Source: a bacterium
GTDB taxonomy: Bacteria > Patescibacteriota > Patescibacteriia > Patescibacteriales > UBA12465
Assembly: GCA_030696105.1 (NCBI GenBank)
Contig: JAUYNJ010000008.1
Span: forward strand, 18,030-82,029
Reading direction: 5' to 3'
Length of the DNA stretch: 64,000 nt
Shown here: one piece after another, positions 41,972-51,337 of the stretch
Layout of the letters: every line of letters starts with the position of its first letter
How positions within the stretch are numbered: the stretch's first letter is position 1
Notes under the pieces: generated by a model
The model's database searches: none
What the model was told of the DNA's origin: nothing
Seen by the model: the letters and a program-made list of their open reading frames with translations, nothing else
Position numbers and translations under genes: made by a program

Positions 41972-43246
41972 ATGAGTAATAATAAGCTGACATTCCTAAT
42001 AAGAGCTCTTGGCTGTAAGGTGTCGCAGTATGACGCGGCGGAATTAAGACGAGAACTCGAATCTCGGGGTCTTAGTATGGTTGAGAGTGACCCCTCGGCG
42101 GTAATTATTAACACCTGCGCCGTTACCCATGCTGCTATGCGTAAGGATAGACAATTGGCGCGGAAGCTTAAAGCGACTTATCCCGAGACCCTACTCGTCG
42201 TCATGGGTTGCTGGCCGCAAACTAACGAGATGATGGCAAAAACTGACTTAGGGGATGAGTCGATATTATTCTGGGGAGTAGGTAAGATTAAGGAGCTAGC
42301 AGAAACTATTTGTGTTAGATTGCAGTTGCCTGTGCAGTCCGTAACAAGCAATAGCGGTTTAGTGGTTAGTTCGGAAAAGTCGCGCTACATTCTTAAAGTC
42401 GGCGATGGCTGTAATCAGTTCTGTTCCTATTGTCTAATTCCTTTCGCCCGCGGTCGTCTGCAGAGCAGAAAAAAAGAAGCAATCTTAGCGGAGGCTAAGG
42501 CGGCAATTGAGTCTGGTTATGATGAAATTATCTTAAGCGGTATCCATCTTGGTTTATATGGTACCGATTTAAATAAGAATTACGGTCTAAACAATTTATT
42601 AATTGAACTTCTACAACTTTCTGAAACAACTCGTTTTCGTTTAAGCTCAATTGAAATAACTGAAGTTGATGATGATTTAATGTCGCTAATAGCCAACAGT
42701 GAGGGGCGTCTTTGTCGGCATTTACACATATCATTACAGTCAGGGAGCGACAAAATTCTGTCCGCTATGAAACGTCCATATAACACGGCCTACTTTCTTG
42801 ATCGGCTTAAGACGATACGAGCAGTTATGCCAGAGATTGGTATCACGACCGACGTCATTGTCGGTTTTCCAGGAGAAAGCGATGAGGATTTTAATGATAC
42901 TCTGAGTTTTTTAAAGCAGTGCGACTTCGCCGGCATTCATGTTTTTCCTTTTTCGGCGCACGAGCAAACTGCAGCCTATAATCTTCCGGAGAAGGTGTCG
43001 CCCAAGCAGATAAAAGAGAGGGCTCTGACTTTGCGAGTTGTCTCAGAAGACGCGGCCTCATCGTATAGAGAAAATATATTAAAACGTTATGCGGGGAAGA
43101 TGCTTAAATTAGTATCAGAAAAGAAGGGTGGCGAATGCATTAAAGGGCACTCAGAATTTTATCCAGTTTTTTCGTTTCCGAAAATATTAGCACCCGGACT
43201 CAAAACAGGGAAGATGGTTGAAGTTGAGGTGAGGCATTTAAGTTAA
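41972..43246 (+). CDS. mtaB: tRNA methylthiotransferase, MtaB-type radical SAM enzyme
   Basis: LGCKVS, NTCAVT, CNQFCSYC, GIHLG, HISLQSG and HVFPFS motifs. Promoter TTGACA (41933), 18 bp, TATAAT (41957) lies just upstream of ATG 41972. Confidence 0.88.
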   Translation: MSNNKLTFLIRALGCKVSQYDAAELRRELESRGLSMVESDPSAVIINTCAVTHAAMRKDRQLARKLKATYPETLLVVMGCWPQTNEMMAKTDLGDESILFWGVGKIKELAETICVRLQLPVQSVTSNSGLVVSSEKSRYILKVGDGCNQFCSYCLIPFARGRLQSRKKEAILAEAKAAIESGYDEIILSGIHLGLYGTDLNKNYGLNNLLIELLQLSETTRFRLSSIEITEVDDDLMSLIANSEGRLCRHLHISLQSGSDKILSAMKRPYNTAYFLDRLKTIRAVMPEIGITTDVIVGFPGESDEDFNDTLSFLKQCDFAGIHVFPFSAHEQTAAYNLPEKVSPKQIKERALTLRVVSEDAASSYRENILKRYAGKMLKLVSEKKGGECIKGHSEFYPVFSFPKILAPGLKTGKMVEVEVRHLS

Positions 43247-43315
43247 ATACAAAAAACACAATAAGTATAAGGTTAAATCGTCCGCTAAGGCGGACCTTTT
43301 TATTATACTGGCTCC

Positions 43316-43324
43316 TGTGGATAA
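43316..43324. promoter_or_regulatory. Consensus DnaA box
   Basis: TGTGGATAA, the reverse complement of TTATCCACA, upstream of the padR promoter. Confidence 0.5.
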
Positions 43325-43393
43325 GTGTGCACCCCACTACCTTGCATAAAAAGGTAGTATGTGCTATATTAATAATAATCATTCAAAAAACAT

Positions 43394-43744
43394 ATGCCTA
43401 ACGAAAACAAAACAAGCCTTGAAAGCTCTCGGGCGCAAATGCGAAAAGGATTACTGGAATACTGTATTCTGCTCGTTATTTCCCGCAAGAAAGTATACGC
43501 CTCGGATATTATCTCTTCCTTACGCACTGCTGATTTGCTGGTTGTGGAGGGGACGATGTACCCTCTGCTTAGTCGCTTAAAGAATGACGGCCTACTCGAT
43601 TACCACTGGCAGGAGTCAAAAAGCGGACCGCCCCGCAAGTACTACGAATTAACCGGTCAGGGCAAAGCGATGCTCAAACAACTCGACCTTACATGGGAAA
43701 TGCTTCAATCATCAATAAATGCCTTGCGTACCGCAAAGGCCTAA
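43394..43744 (+). CDS. PadR-family transcriptional regulator
   Basis: QMRKGLLEYCIL, EGTMYPLLSRL and GPPRKYY motifs. Confidence 0.95.
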   Translation: MPNENKTSLESSRAQMRKGLLEYCILLVISRKKVYASDIISSLRTADLLVVEGTMYPLLSRLKNDGLLDYHWQESKSGPPRKYYELTGQGKAMLKQLDLTWEMLQSSINALRTAKA

Positions 43745-43748
43745 CTAT

Positions 43749-45560
43749 ATGAAAAAAACAATTTCAATCAATCTCGGCGGCACCCTCTTCTACGCAGAAG
43801 ACGATGCCTTCGCCCGCCTAGACTCGTACTTGCGGGAAGTGGAGCGCTACTTTAGCGCTAAGGGTGATGACAGCGCTGAAATTTTGCGCGACATCGAAAC
43901 CAGTCTCGCTGAACATTTCAATGCCGCTGGCGCTGGTGAATTAAAAAGAGCCGTCACTTTACCTGAAGTTGAAGATGCCTTAAAAAATATGGGCACCATC
44001 AATGATTTTTCCGACGAGGAAAAAGTCGCTGGCAAAACATTCACAAAGACGGAAAGCGACGGGCCAAGACGTTTCTATCGTGATGGCGATAGCGCCGTTA
44101 TCGGCGGTGTCTGTGCTGGTCTCGGTCATTACTTTGGTATTGATCCAGTCTGGATTCGCCTGCTCTTCGCCCTCTCCTTATTCCTCTGGGGCTTTGGTGT
44201 GATTATTTACTTCTTACTCTGGATTGCCGCTCCTGAAGCTAAAACTGCGGCCGAAAAGTTGGTGATGCAGGGTGCTGCCGTTAATTTATCGTCACTCACA
44301 GCACAGATGAAAGAAAATATTAATTCAGAGAAAATTAAAGATACAAGCAATGCCGCTGCCGACTCCTTTACTCGTTTCTTTAAGCGCCTGTTTGCGTTAA
44401 TTGGTCGCGTTTTTCAGGGCTTTGGTCCATTAATTAGAATATTCTTCGGCCTTTTATTTGGGCTGGTCGCGTTGACCGGGTTTTGTGCGATTACGCTTGT
44501 AGGACTGATCGCCACTTTAAACGGTCCTCAATATTTAGAACCAGGATTTATCACTGCAATCGGTTGGTCGTATCCCTGGTTAGTGAGCGCTCTAACGCTT
44601 GTTGCTGCTATTCCATTTCTAGTTGTTTTGTTTGCTTCAATTTCACTTCTCATCAACCGTAAGTTAATATCTGGTTTAGTGTGGCTCTTAATGTTACTCT
44701 TGTGGTTTGCCGGTATTTTGTCTCTTGGCACTTTAGGGTCTGACGCCTATACCCGCGTTCATCCGTATCTGTCAGAAAGCCGCCTGGAAAATATCACTAT
44801 TAATGAAGAGGTTAAATCGATATCAGTTGACGCACCTTATTATCTAACAGTTATTGTTGGTAATGAAGTTAAGCTGAGAGCGGAGGGACATCCGGCTGAT
44901 CTTAGCCGCATAGAAACCTCAGTCACAAATGGAGTCTTGCAAATTGAAGCGCAGCGTCTCGACACCCGTATTTGTATTACTTGTGGACGTTCAATTAATT
45001 TAGTCCTTGAAATGCCAACCTCAACCTTACAGAATATTACTATGAATGGTGGTAGCGTACTCAATATGAAGAATTGGCAGTCAGATAAGCTTGCGCTTGC
45101 TTTCTATGGATACAGTGGTGGCAATCTGAGCGTGGATGTAACAACGTTACAACTACAAACAACGGATTTTGCTGATGTTGATTTTCTTGAAGGCGAGATT
45201 GATGAACTAGCGGCAAGCTTCCAGGGTTGGAGTCGCATAAATACAAGGCCTACAAAAATATCAAGGGCCGCCATAACTCTCGGAGGCTCAGCTCGGGGTA
45301 CGGTTGAAATCAGTGAGTTATTGAAATTACAAGTTTTACCAAACAGCTCCTCAGCCCGTCTATTCTATAATCCCGATGTTAAATTAATTGAAGCGGATAT
45401 TTCCGCGCAGAATAATTTGCGTCTTATCGGACAGGAAAGAGACAATACAGATATGTGGGTAGTTGAAGATTCGGTTGAGGAAAACCTGATCCGCCTGGAA
45501 CGACTTGAAGATGAATACCAGGATTATGAAAATGACGTATATCGCTATCAGGTGAGATAA
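43749..45560 (+). CDS. PspC-domain membrane protein with a C-terminal DUF2807/GIN-like domain
   Basis: MKKTISINLGG...DIE N-terminal domain, PspC motif RFYRD...IGGVCAGLGHYFGIDP, TMs and a beta-helix-like C-terminus. Confidence 0.88.
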   Translation: MKKTISINLGGTLFYAEDDAFARLDSYLREVERYFSAKGDDSAEILRDIETSLAEHFNAAGAGELKRAVTLPEVEDALKNMGTINDFSDEEKVAGKTFTKTESDGPRRFYRDGDSAVIGGVCAGLGHYFGIDPVWIRLLFALSLFLWGFGVIIYFLLWIAAPEAKTAAEKLVMQGAAVNLSSLTAQMKENINSEKIKDTSNAAADSFTRFFKRLFALIGRVFQGFGPLIRIFFGLLFGLVALTGFCAITLVGLIATLNGPQYLEPGFITAIGWSYPWLVSALTLVAAIPFLVVLFASISLLINRKLISGLVWLLMLLLWFAGILSLGTLGSDAYTRVHPYLSESRLENITINEEVKSISVDAPYYLTVIVGNEVKLRAEGHPADLSRIETSVTNGVLQIEAQRLDTRICITCGRSINLVLEMPTSTLQNITMNGGSVLNMKNWQSDKLALAFYGYSGGNLSVDVTTLQLQTTDFADVDFLEGEIDELAASFQGWSRINTRPTKISRAAITLGGSARGTVEISELLKLQVLPNSSSARLFYNPDVKLIEADISAQNNLRLIGQERDNTDMWVVEDSVEENLIRLERLEDEYQDYENDVYRYQVR

Positions 45561-45654
45561 GTTACAAAACACATGAAAAGCTTGCCTCGGAATCGGCAAG
45601 CTTTTTTTGTTACTTTTTCTTTGTGCTAGCGTTTGATATAATGGAATCAAGAAT

Positions 45655-46245
45655 ATGGCCAAAATCTTAGATGACCAATTAGAAGCGGAGATGATCATCG
45701 CCGCCAAAGACAGAAATGCCGAAGCCTTCGGGAGTCTTTATGACGCTTATATTAAGAAAATTTACAATTTCGTATATTACAAAACATTGAATAAGGAAAA
45801 CGCTGAGGATATAACGAGCGTAGTATTCATTAAAGCCTGGGAGAAGTTACCGCAGTTTAAGGAGGGAAGCTTTGGTGCCTGGTTGTATACAATTGCCCGC
45901 AACGCCGTTATTGACCATTACCGTCGCGAGAAGTCGACCGTTGATATTGAAGATTGCTGGGACTTAAGCGATGGCACGGACTTTCTGGCAAATATCGATC
46001 GTGGTCTGAATTTAGAAAAGATTAAAGAAGCGATGTCAGAGCTTTCAGTCCAAGATCGCGAAATCCTCATTATGCGTTTTTGGCAAGACTTATCCTTTCA
46101 GGAAATTGCCGACCAGCTTGGTAAGAAAGAAGGGGCGATTAAAATGGCTTGTGGTCGCGCTCTTAAATCCTTAAAAACTAAAATTCCCTTTGCCCTGTTT
46201 CTTCTACTGCCGGGAATTATGCAAATATGCAAGAAAATGAATTAA
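45655..46245 (+). CDS. ECF RNA polymerase sigma factor
   Basis: AEDITSVVFIKAW, WLYTIARNAVIDHYR and a region-4 HTH LSFQEIA. Confidence 0.95.
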   Translation: MAKILDDQLEAEMIIAAKDRNAEAFGSLYDAYIKKIYNFVYYKTLNKENAEDITSVVFIKAWEKLPQFKEGSFGAWLYTIARNAVIDHYRREKSTVDIEDCWDLSDGTDFLANIDRGLNLEKIKEAMSELSVQDREILIMRFWQDLSFQEIADQLGKKEGAIKMACGRALKSLKTKIPFALFLLLPGIMQICKKMN

Positions 46246-47819
46246 ACATTATGTTGGCGGAGCTATACCGCGTCGATCCAACTCTGCGTGAATATGAGGA
46301 GCAACTTAAGCACCTTATTACTCAGATGACGGATTTGCGCCCAGATTCACAATTTACTCCCGCTTTAGCGGCGCGCCTAAAGGAGGAGGTAATGAAAACG
46401 GTGCAACAAAATAATCATCTCCAAGAAAACAATTTTAACTTTAACTTTATGAACAAGAAATTTTATTACTTTGCCGCCCCCGCTTTAGTGCTTGGTGTCG
46501 TAGCGGTCATCGTGCTATTGAATCCAGTGGTACGCACTGGGGACGTGGCCAGAACTGGTGTCTTCAACAACAAGGCATCTGATGAAGGTGTCAGCCGCTT
46601 AGCGGCGAATGCTTTCGGTGTTTTGAGTGGAGCGAGTAGTTCGGCTGTACAAAATGAAGCCGCTCCTCTCGCTGCTCGTAGCGTTGACTCGACTTTAAGT
46701 GGTGAGTTGGCAAGCGTTTCAAGTGATGGCGATATGGCTGTTACTTCGGGCGTGGCGACTGCACCTGGTTTTGCTTTAGGACTCGGTGGTGGTGGCGCCA
46801 TGGACGGCAAGATGATAATGCCGTATTTCGACTTTAAGTACGTTTATACTGGCGATCCAATTGTCTTAGAAGAAGGTAGCTCTGACGTCTATCGTCGTTT
46901 GAAGGGAGGCTCAACTGCTGCACGCTCCTTGGCCTCAATGGTTGGCAATCTTGATCTTAGTGGCGTCAAATTGAGCAAGTTTAGCAACCTCAGCGCTACA
47001 AACTTAACCTTAACTGAAGAAAAAGAAAAAGGTTTAATGATAACCTTAGACTTCATGGAGGATAGTATCTATATTTCTGAAAACTGGCAGCGCTGGATCT
47101 TAGCAGAAAGAGACGCTTGTGGTCAGGATGAGGCTTGCTGGGCTCGTTTCCGTCTAAGTATCAATGATGTACCGGCTGACTCAGAACTCATCGCCATGAC
47201 TAATAAATTCATGTCTGATCATGAAATTGATCTTCAAAACTACGGCACCCCAGAAGTCGATAACAACTGGCGCCTTGGTTACGACATTGCTGAGGATAAG
47301 AACAACTTCTATATCCCGGAATATGCGAGCGTCGTTTACCCACTCTTAATTAACAATGAACCGGTTCGCGATCAGGGTGGTAACTATGCTGGTATTCGTG
47401 TTAATATCAACTTATTACAGAAGGGCGTAACCGGTCTTTACGGCCTAACGCCATTCCGCTACGAAGCCTCAGCCTATGCTCTTGAAACTTCAGCGGAGAG
47501 AATTATTCGCATCGCTGAGAATGGTGGACAGGGCGGCATGTTCTTCAATGGCAGTGAAACTGGTACTACCGAAATACAACTTGGCACTCCGACAAAGTCA
47601 TATGTGCAGACTTATCGCTATCAGAATAACCGCAGTGAAGAATTACTCGTGCCTGCGCTCGTCTTCCCAATTTTGAATCCTGAAGCCTTCGGTTTCTACG
47701 GACAACGCTCAGTAATCGTACCGCTTGTACAGGAGATGTTGGGCGAGCTGGAAGCTAGAAATGTGCCTGGCGATGGTGGTATCGGTATCATGCCAGTAAT
47801 AATGGAAGCTAGACAGTAA
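46227..47819 (+). CDS. Single-TM protein, putative anti-sigma partner
   Basis: Overlaps the sigma gene; short cytoplasmic N-terminus, one TM and a large extracytoplasmic part. Confidence 0.6.
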   Translation: MQENELNIMLAELYRVDPTLREYEEQLKHLITQMTDLRPDSQFTPALAARLKEEVMKTVQQNNHLQENNFNFNFMNKKFYYFAAPALVLGVVAVIVLLNPVVRTGDVARTGVFNNKASDEGVSRLAANAFGVLSGASSSAVQNEAAPLAARSVDSTLSGELASVSSDGDMAVTSGVATAPGFALGLGGGGAMDGKMIMPYFDFKYVYTGDPIVLEEGSSDVYRRLKGGSTAARSLASMVGNLDLSGVKLSKFSNLSATNLTLTEEKEKGLMITLDFMEDSIYISENWQRWILAERDACGQDEACWARFRLSINDVPADSELIAMTNKFMSDHEIDLQNYGTPEVDNNWRLGYDIAEDKNNFYIPEYASVVYPLLINNEPVRDQGGNYAGIRVNINLLQKGVTGLYGLTPFRYEASAYALETSAERIIRIAENGGQGGMFFNGSETGTTEIQLGTPTKSYVQTYRYQNNRSEELLVPALVFPILNPEAFGFYGQRSVIVPLVQEMLGELEARNVPGDGGIGIMPVIMEARQ

Positions 47820-47883
47820 GAAAATATTGAATGAAATAAAAAAAGGTCACGTGTAAACGTGTCCTTTTTGTTTTTAGTGATGA

Positions 47884-48204
47884 TTAAAAAATAACCAAAA
47901 TAACTCCGATGACGAATAAGGTGGTAAAAATGATCTTATTATAGCGCGCGAGATACTGGGGGAGGTAGATATCGAAATTATCTCGTCTGTCTTCGGTATA
48001 CTTGCCAGCAACGGCTGTTAGCGGGCAGCTCCATTTATTAATAAGTAAGACGAGGCCTTCAAATACAATGAGTCCAATACAAAACCACAGTAGAGGAGTG
48101 AGCTTGTTTGTGTAGCCACTATAGACAATATACAAAGTAGCAGCTGCCATTACAGCCCAAATAATTGTGTGAGTGGTTTTAATTAAAACTAGCTTGCTTA
48201 TCAT
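47884..48204 (-). CDS. Small membrane protein
   Basis: Three hydrophobic segments, WSCPLT and NFDIYLP motifs. Confidence 0.8.
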   Translation of the reverse strand: MISKLVLIKTTHTIIWAVMAAATLYIVYSGYTNKLTPLLWFCIGLIVFEGLVLLINKWSCPLTAVAGKYTEDRRDNFDIYLPQYLARYNKIIFTTLFVIGVILVIF

Positions 48205-48374
48205 AATTGAAAGTATTCAAACAGTTTATGAATAAGAAAAGCCGGCCAGACCAGTGCTTTCAGAAAACCGACGACGCCCATCAAGAGGGAGGTCGCGTTC
48301 TGGATGTAATAGATGAGTGCACCGATGAAAGCGAGGCCGTAGATGCCGCTGCCTACGCCATTGTTTTTGTTCAT
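48201..48374 (-). CDS. Small two-TM membrane protein, 57 aa (not in ORF track)
   Basis: MNKNNGVGSGIYGLAFIGALIYYIQNATSLLMGVVGFLKALVWPAFLIHKLFEYFQL*; ATGA overlap with the downstream gene. Confidence 0.8.
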   Translation of the reverse strand: MNKNNGVGSGIYGLAFIGALIYYIQNATSLLMGVVGFLKALVWPAFLIHKLFEYFQL

Positions 48375-48453
48375 ATAATTAAAGTTTAATTGGATATATT
48401 AATTATATCAATGGAACATATTTTTGTTAAGAATCGTGCGCCTTGAGGCATAT

Positions 48454-48501
48454 TTGACCAAGCGTAGTAAAAGTACTACTATATCAATATAAATTGATAT
48501 A
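48454..48501 (+). promoter_or_regulatory. Promoter with an ArsR-type operator palindrome
   Basis: TTGACC (48454), 17 bp, TACTAT (48477), overlapped by TATATCAAT-ATAA-ATTGATATA (48480-48501). Confidence 0.8.
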
Positions 48502-48506
48502 ACGAT

Positions 48507-48821
48507 ATGGAAAGAAAGTGTTGTGAAGACAATAAGTTAACCGAAGAATATGCGAATTTAGCAAAATTCTTGAGAATTGTTGGCGATGACAATCGTCTGC
48601 GTATTTTGTGTTTATTAAAGGGAGGAGAAAAGTGCGTCTGCGAAATATCGCCAACTCTTAACATGGCTCAAAATTTAACGTCGAGTCACCTAAAAGTGAT
48701 GCTTGATTTCGGACTGGTTAATCTAAGGCAAGACTGGAATAGAAACTACTATTCAATAAACCGTCCCATGTTTAAAAAATATAATTTTTTAATAAAAATA
48801 TTTCTAAAAAATTATGAATAA
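48507..48821 (+). CDS. ArsR/SmtB-family metalloregulator
   Basis: NRLRIL, KCVCEI and SSHLKV motifs. Confidence 0.92.
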   Translation: MERKCCEDNKLTEEYANLAKFLRIVGDDNRLRILCLLKGGEKCVCEISPTLNMAQNLTSSHLKVMLDFGLVNLRQDWNRNYYSINRPMFKKYNFLIKIFLKNYE

Positions 48822-49110
48822 GGAAATGAAGGTGCAAATTTTAGGTTCCGGTTGTCCCAACTGTAGAAAGTTATATGAGACCACTAAAAAGGTGGCTGTA
48901 GATTTAGGCCTTAAAGCTAAAGTCGAATATATTGATGACATTACAAAGATAATTGAGCTCGGCATCATGACCAGTCCTGTCTTAGTTATTGACGGTAAAG
49001 TAATCTTAACAGGAAGTGCTCATTCTGAAGGAGATATTGCGAATGCTTTGAAAAATAATAATACGAATGACTCCGCCGATAGTGGTTGCTGCTGCGGTCA
49101 TCAGCATTAA
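48814..49110 (+). CDS. Small redox-active thioredoxin-like protein
   Basis: ILGSGCPNC and SPVLVIDGKV motifs. Confidence 0.9.
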   Translation: MNKEMKVQILGSGCPNCRKLYETTKKVAVDLGLKAKVEYIDDITKIIELGIMTSPVLVIDGKVILTGSAHSEGDIANALKNNNTNDSADSGCCCGHQH

Positions 49111-49112
49111 TT

Positions 49113-50081
49113 ATGTTTTATCCTTTACAGGTTTTGGCAGATTGGATGTCTTTCGGATTAATTGGCTTAATGAAAGGCTCACGCTTGGGCGAAGCTGTAA
49201 ACTATTTTATCTTTGATTCGTTGAAGATTCTCATACTGCTTTTCATCGTTAATTTATTAATGGCGGTCATACGTCATTATTTGCCTATAGAAAAACTCCG
49301 TGACTTCCTAGCCTCTCGCAAATGGTATGGGTTAGATTATTTGTTTGCGGCTCTGTTTGGCACAATTACACCATTTTGTTCTTGCTCCTCCATTCCACTA
49401 TTCATCGGTTTCCTGAAAGCGGGCATTCCTTTAGGTGTGACTTTGTCTTATTTAATTGTTTCGCCGCTTGTTAATCAAGTCGCGGTCGTGCTCTTTGCCG
49501 GTTTATTTGGCTGGAAAATTACCTTGCTATATGTTGCGTCGGCAGTTTTACTGGGCATGGTCGGCGGGTATATTCTCAATAAATTAATGCTTGAGAAAGA
49601 GGTTGCTGATTATATTTGGAAAATACAAAGTGAAAATGCGAAGTTAGTAACAATAAAGAATTCAAGCAAGGCTTTGCTCTTAAAATTTATACGAGAGGGC
49701 TTATCGTTAACTAAAAAAATTACCCCATACGTTTTAATCGGGATTGCCGTCGGCGCCGCGATTCACGGTTTTGTTCCGGCGGGGTACTTTGAAAATCTCA
49801 TCAGTACCGACAACTTATTAGCGGTTCCGCTGGCTGTTATTGCGGCCGTACCATTATATGCAAACGCTGTTGGTGTAATTCCTATCATGGAATCGCTCGT
49901 CGCGAAGGGTATACCTTTAGGCACCGCTATGGCCTTCATGATGGCGGTTGTTGGCCTGTCATTACCAGAGGCGCTTATTCTAAAACGAGTCATGAAGATG
50001 AAATTGCTTATTTATTTTTTCGGCATTACTACGATTAATATTATTATCATTGGCTATTTGTTTAACTTCTTTGTGAAATAA
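49113..50081 (+). CDS. ArsP/DUF318-family permease
   Basis: TPFCSCSSIP, SPLVN and GLSLPE motifs; likely start at 49113. Confidence 0.9.
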   Translation: MFYPLQVLADWMSFGLIGLMKGSRLGEAVNYFIFDSLKILILLFIVNLLMAVIRHYLPIEKLRDFLASRKWYGLDYLFAALFGTITPFCSCSSIPLFIGFLKAGIPLGVTLSYLIVSPLVNQVAVVLFAGLFGWKITLLYVASAVLLGMVGGYILNKLMLEKEVADYIWKIQSENAKLVTIKNSSKALLLKFIREGLSLTKKITPYVLIGIAVGAAIHGFVPAGYFENLISTDNLLAVPLAVIAAVPLYANAVGVIPIMESLVAKGIPLGTAMAFMMAVVGLSLPEALILKRVMKMKLLIYFFGITTINIIIIGYLFNFFVK

Positions 50082-50163
50082 CGCGGCCCTCTATTTTAAC
50101 AGGACAAAGAAAAAAAGCTGCAATTGGAATTGCAGCTTTTGCGTTTTTAGAGACGCGAGAACA

Positions 50164-51174
50164 TTAGAACTTTATAATGGTGTACGCACTGAAGGCGTGA
50201 TATACCATGTCATATCTCAGTTCGAGGATGAGGCGTCCGTAATCCGTTTTGAAGTCTTTATAGACTTCAAACGATGGAGCGAGCCTGAGAGTTGATCCCT
50301 CATGCACGCTATTAATTCCGACGGCGGCGGCAAAGTTTCTGTGGCCAATTTTTTTGCTCATTATGAGTTCATGGGTGGAACAGGCGCCACTCCTCTTACT
50401 ATCAAATTTCACCGCATAGGTACCTTTGGTACTGATGGGTGAAAAGTGTTTGTAAAAGAATATTGGCACTACCATGTAACTGGTAGCTTCAATATAGAGG
50501 TCCTGCGAGAAGAAACCTTGGTTGATTTCCCCAAACCCGGCTTGTGTCCGGAACCAATAATTCCCGTTCTGTTGCCAGTTCAGAAACGTAAAGGAACCGA
50601 AGTGTTTCAAATTCTTAGTACCGGCAAATGCCCAGTACTGATCATCCGAAACCCCCACCGATACGAAAGCGTGTTTTGGGTGAAAAGCCACCCATGCCAT
50701 GATCGCATCATCTTTACTCCACTCCTCATTAAAGGAGTGATAACCGAGAGCGTAAACCTCGGCGGTGAAAAGATGATTGGCGATGCGTGTTCCGGCGTAA
50801 TCCCAAGGGACTGCCGAGGGGCTAATCATACGGCCGATCTCCAGTAAGACATTATAGTTGCCATACTGCTTGGTGGCCCAGGCATCAAAGACGTACTGGT
50901 CGTTTTGGTCATGGTCACCCATTTTTACCACCATCGCACTGAGTGTGGTGGTGGAATCTGAGTAGAGGTTTACACCGAGACCCAATACGTCGACGGCGTA
51001 TTTCTTATAATCGTATTTCAGGTTCCACTTTTCAGTGGAAATCTCTACGCGCTGAACGGATACTTCCGAAACGGCGGTATCCATTTTAATGGTGCTTTCC
51101 AGATTAACATTCTGTCCGAAAGCTGCAATAATCATAGTCATGGCTACGGTAATCACAAATGCTACTTTTTTCAT
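50164..51174 (-). CDS. Secreted beta-strand-rich hypothetical protein, outer-membrane-barrel-like
   Basis: Sec signal peptide, aromatic alternating strands and C-terminal Phe; own promoter TTGACA (51279), 17 bp, TACGAT (51256). Confidence 0.7.
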   Translation of the reverse strand: MKKVAFVITVAMTMIIAAFGQNVNLESTIKMDTAVSEVSVQRVEISTEKWNLKYDYKKYAVDVLGLGVNLYSDSTTTLSAMVVKMGDHDQNDQYVFDAWATKQYGNYNVLLEIGRMISPSAVPWDYAGTRIANHLFTAEVYALGYHSFNEEWSKDDAIMAWVAFHPKHAFVSVGVSDDQYWAFAGTKNLKHFGSFTFLNWQQNGNYWFRTQAGFGEINQGFFSQDLYIEATSYMVVPIFFYKHFSPISTKGTYAVKFDSKRSGACSTHELIMSKKIGHRNFAAAVGINSVHEGSTLRLAPSFEVYKDFKTDYGRLILELRYDMVYHAFSAYTIIKF

Positions 51175-51337
51175 TTAATGTACATTATTTGTTGTTATTG
51201 TTATTTCTGCGCCTTTTCACGGGCATTTTTCTCAGAAATAGCAACCGCTTATCGTAACCTAATTATTTACATTTGTCAAGCTCACTGTTTAAAAAAGGCG
51301 ACCCAAATAGGCCGCCGTGAACTGTGTGCTAATTCAC

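Noticed and set aside
48207..48389. 60-aa plus-strand ORF
   Set aside because: It is the antisense shadow of the more plausible 57-aa membrane ORF on the minus strand.
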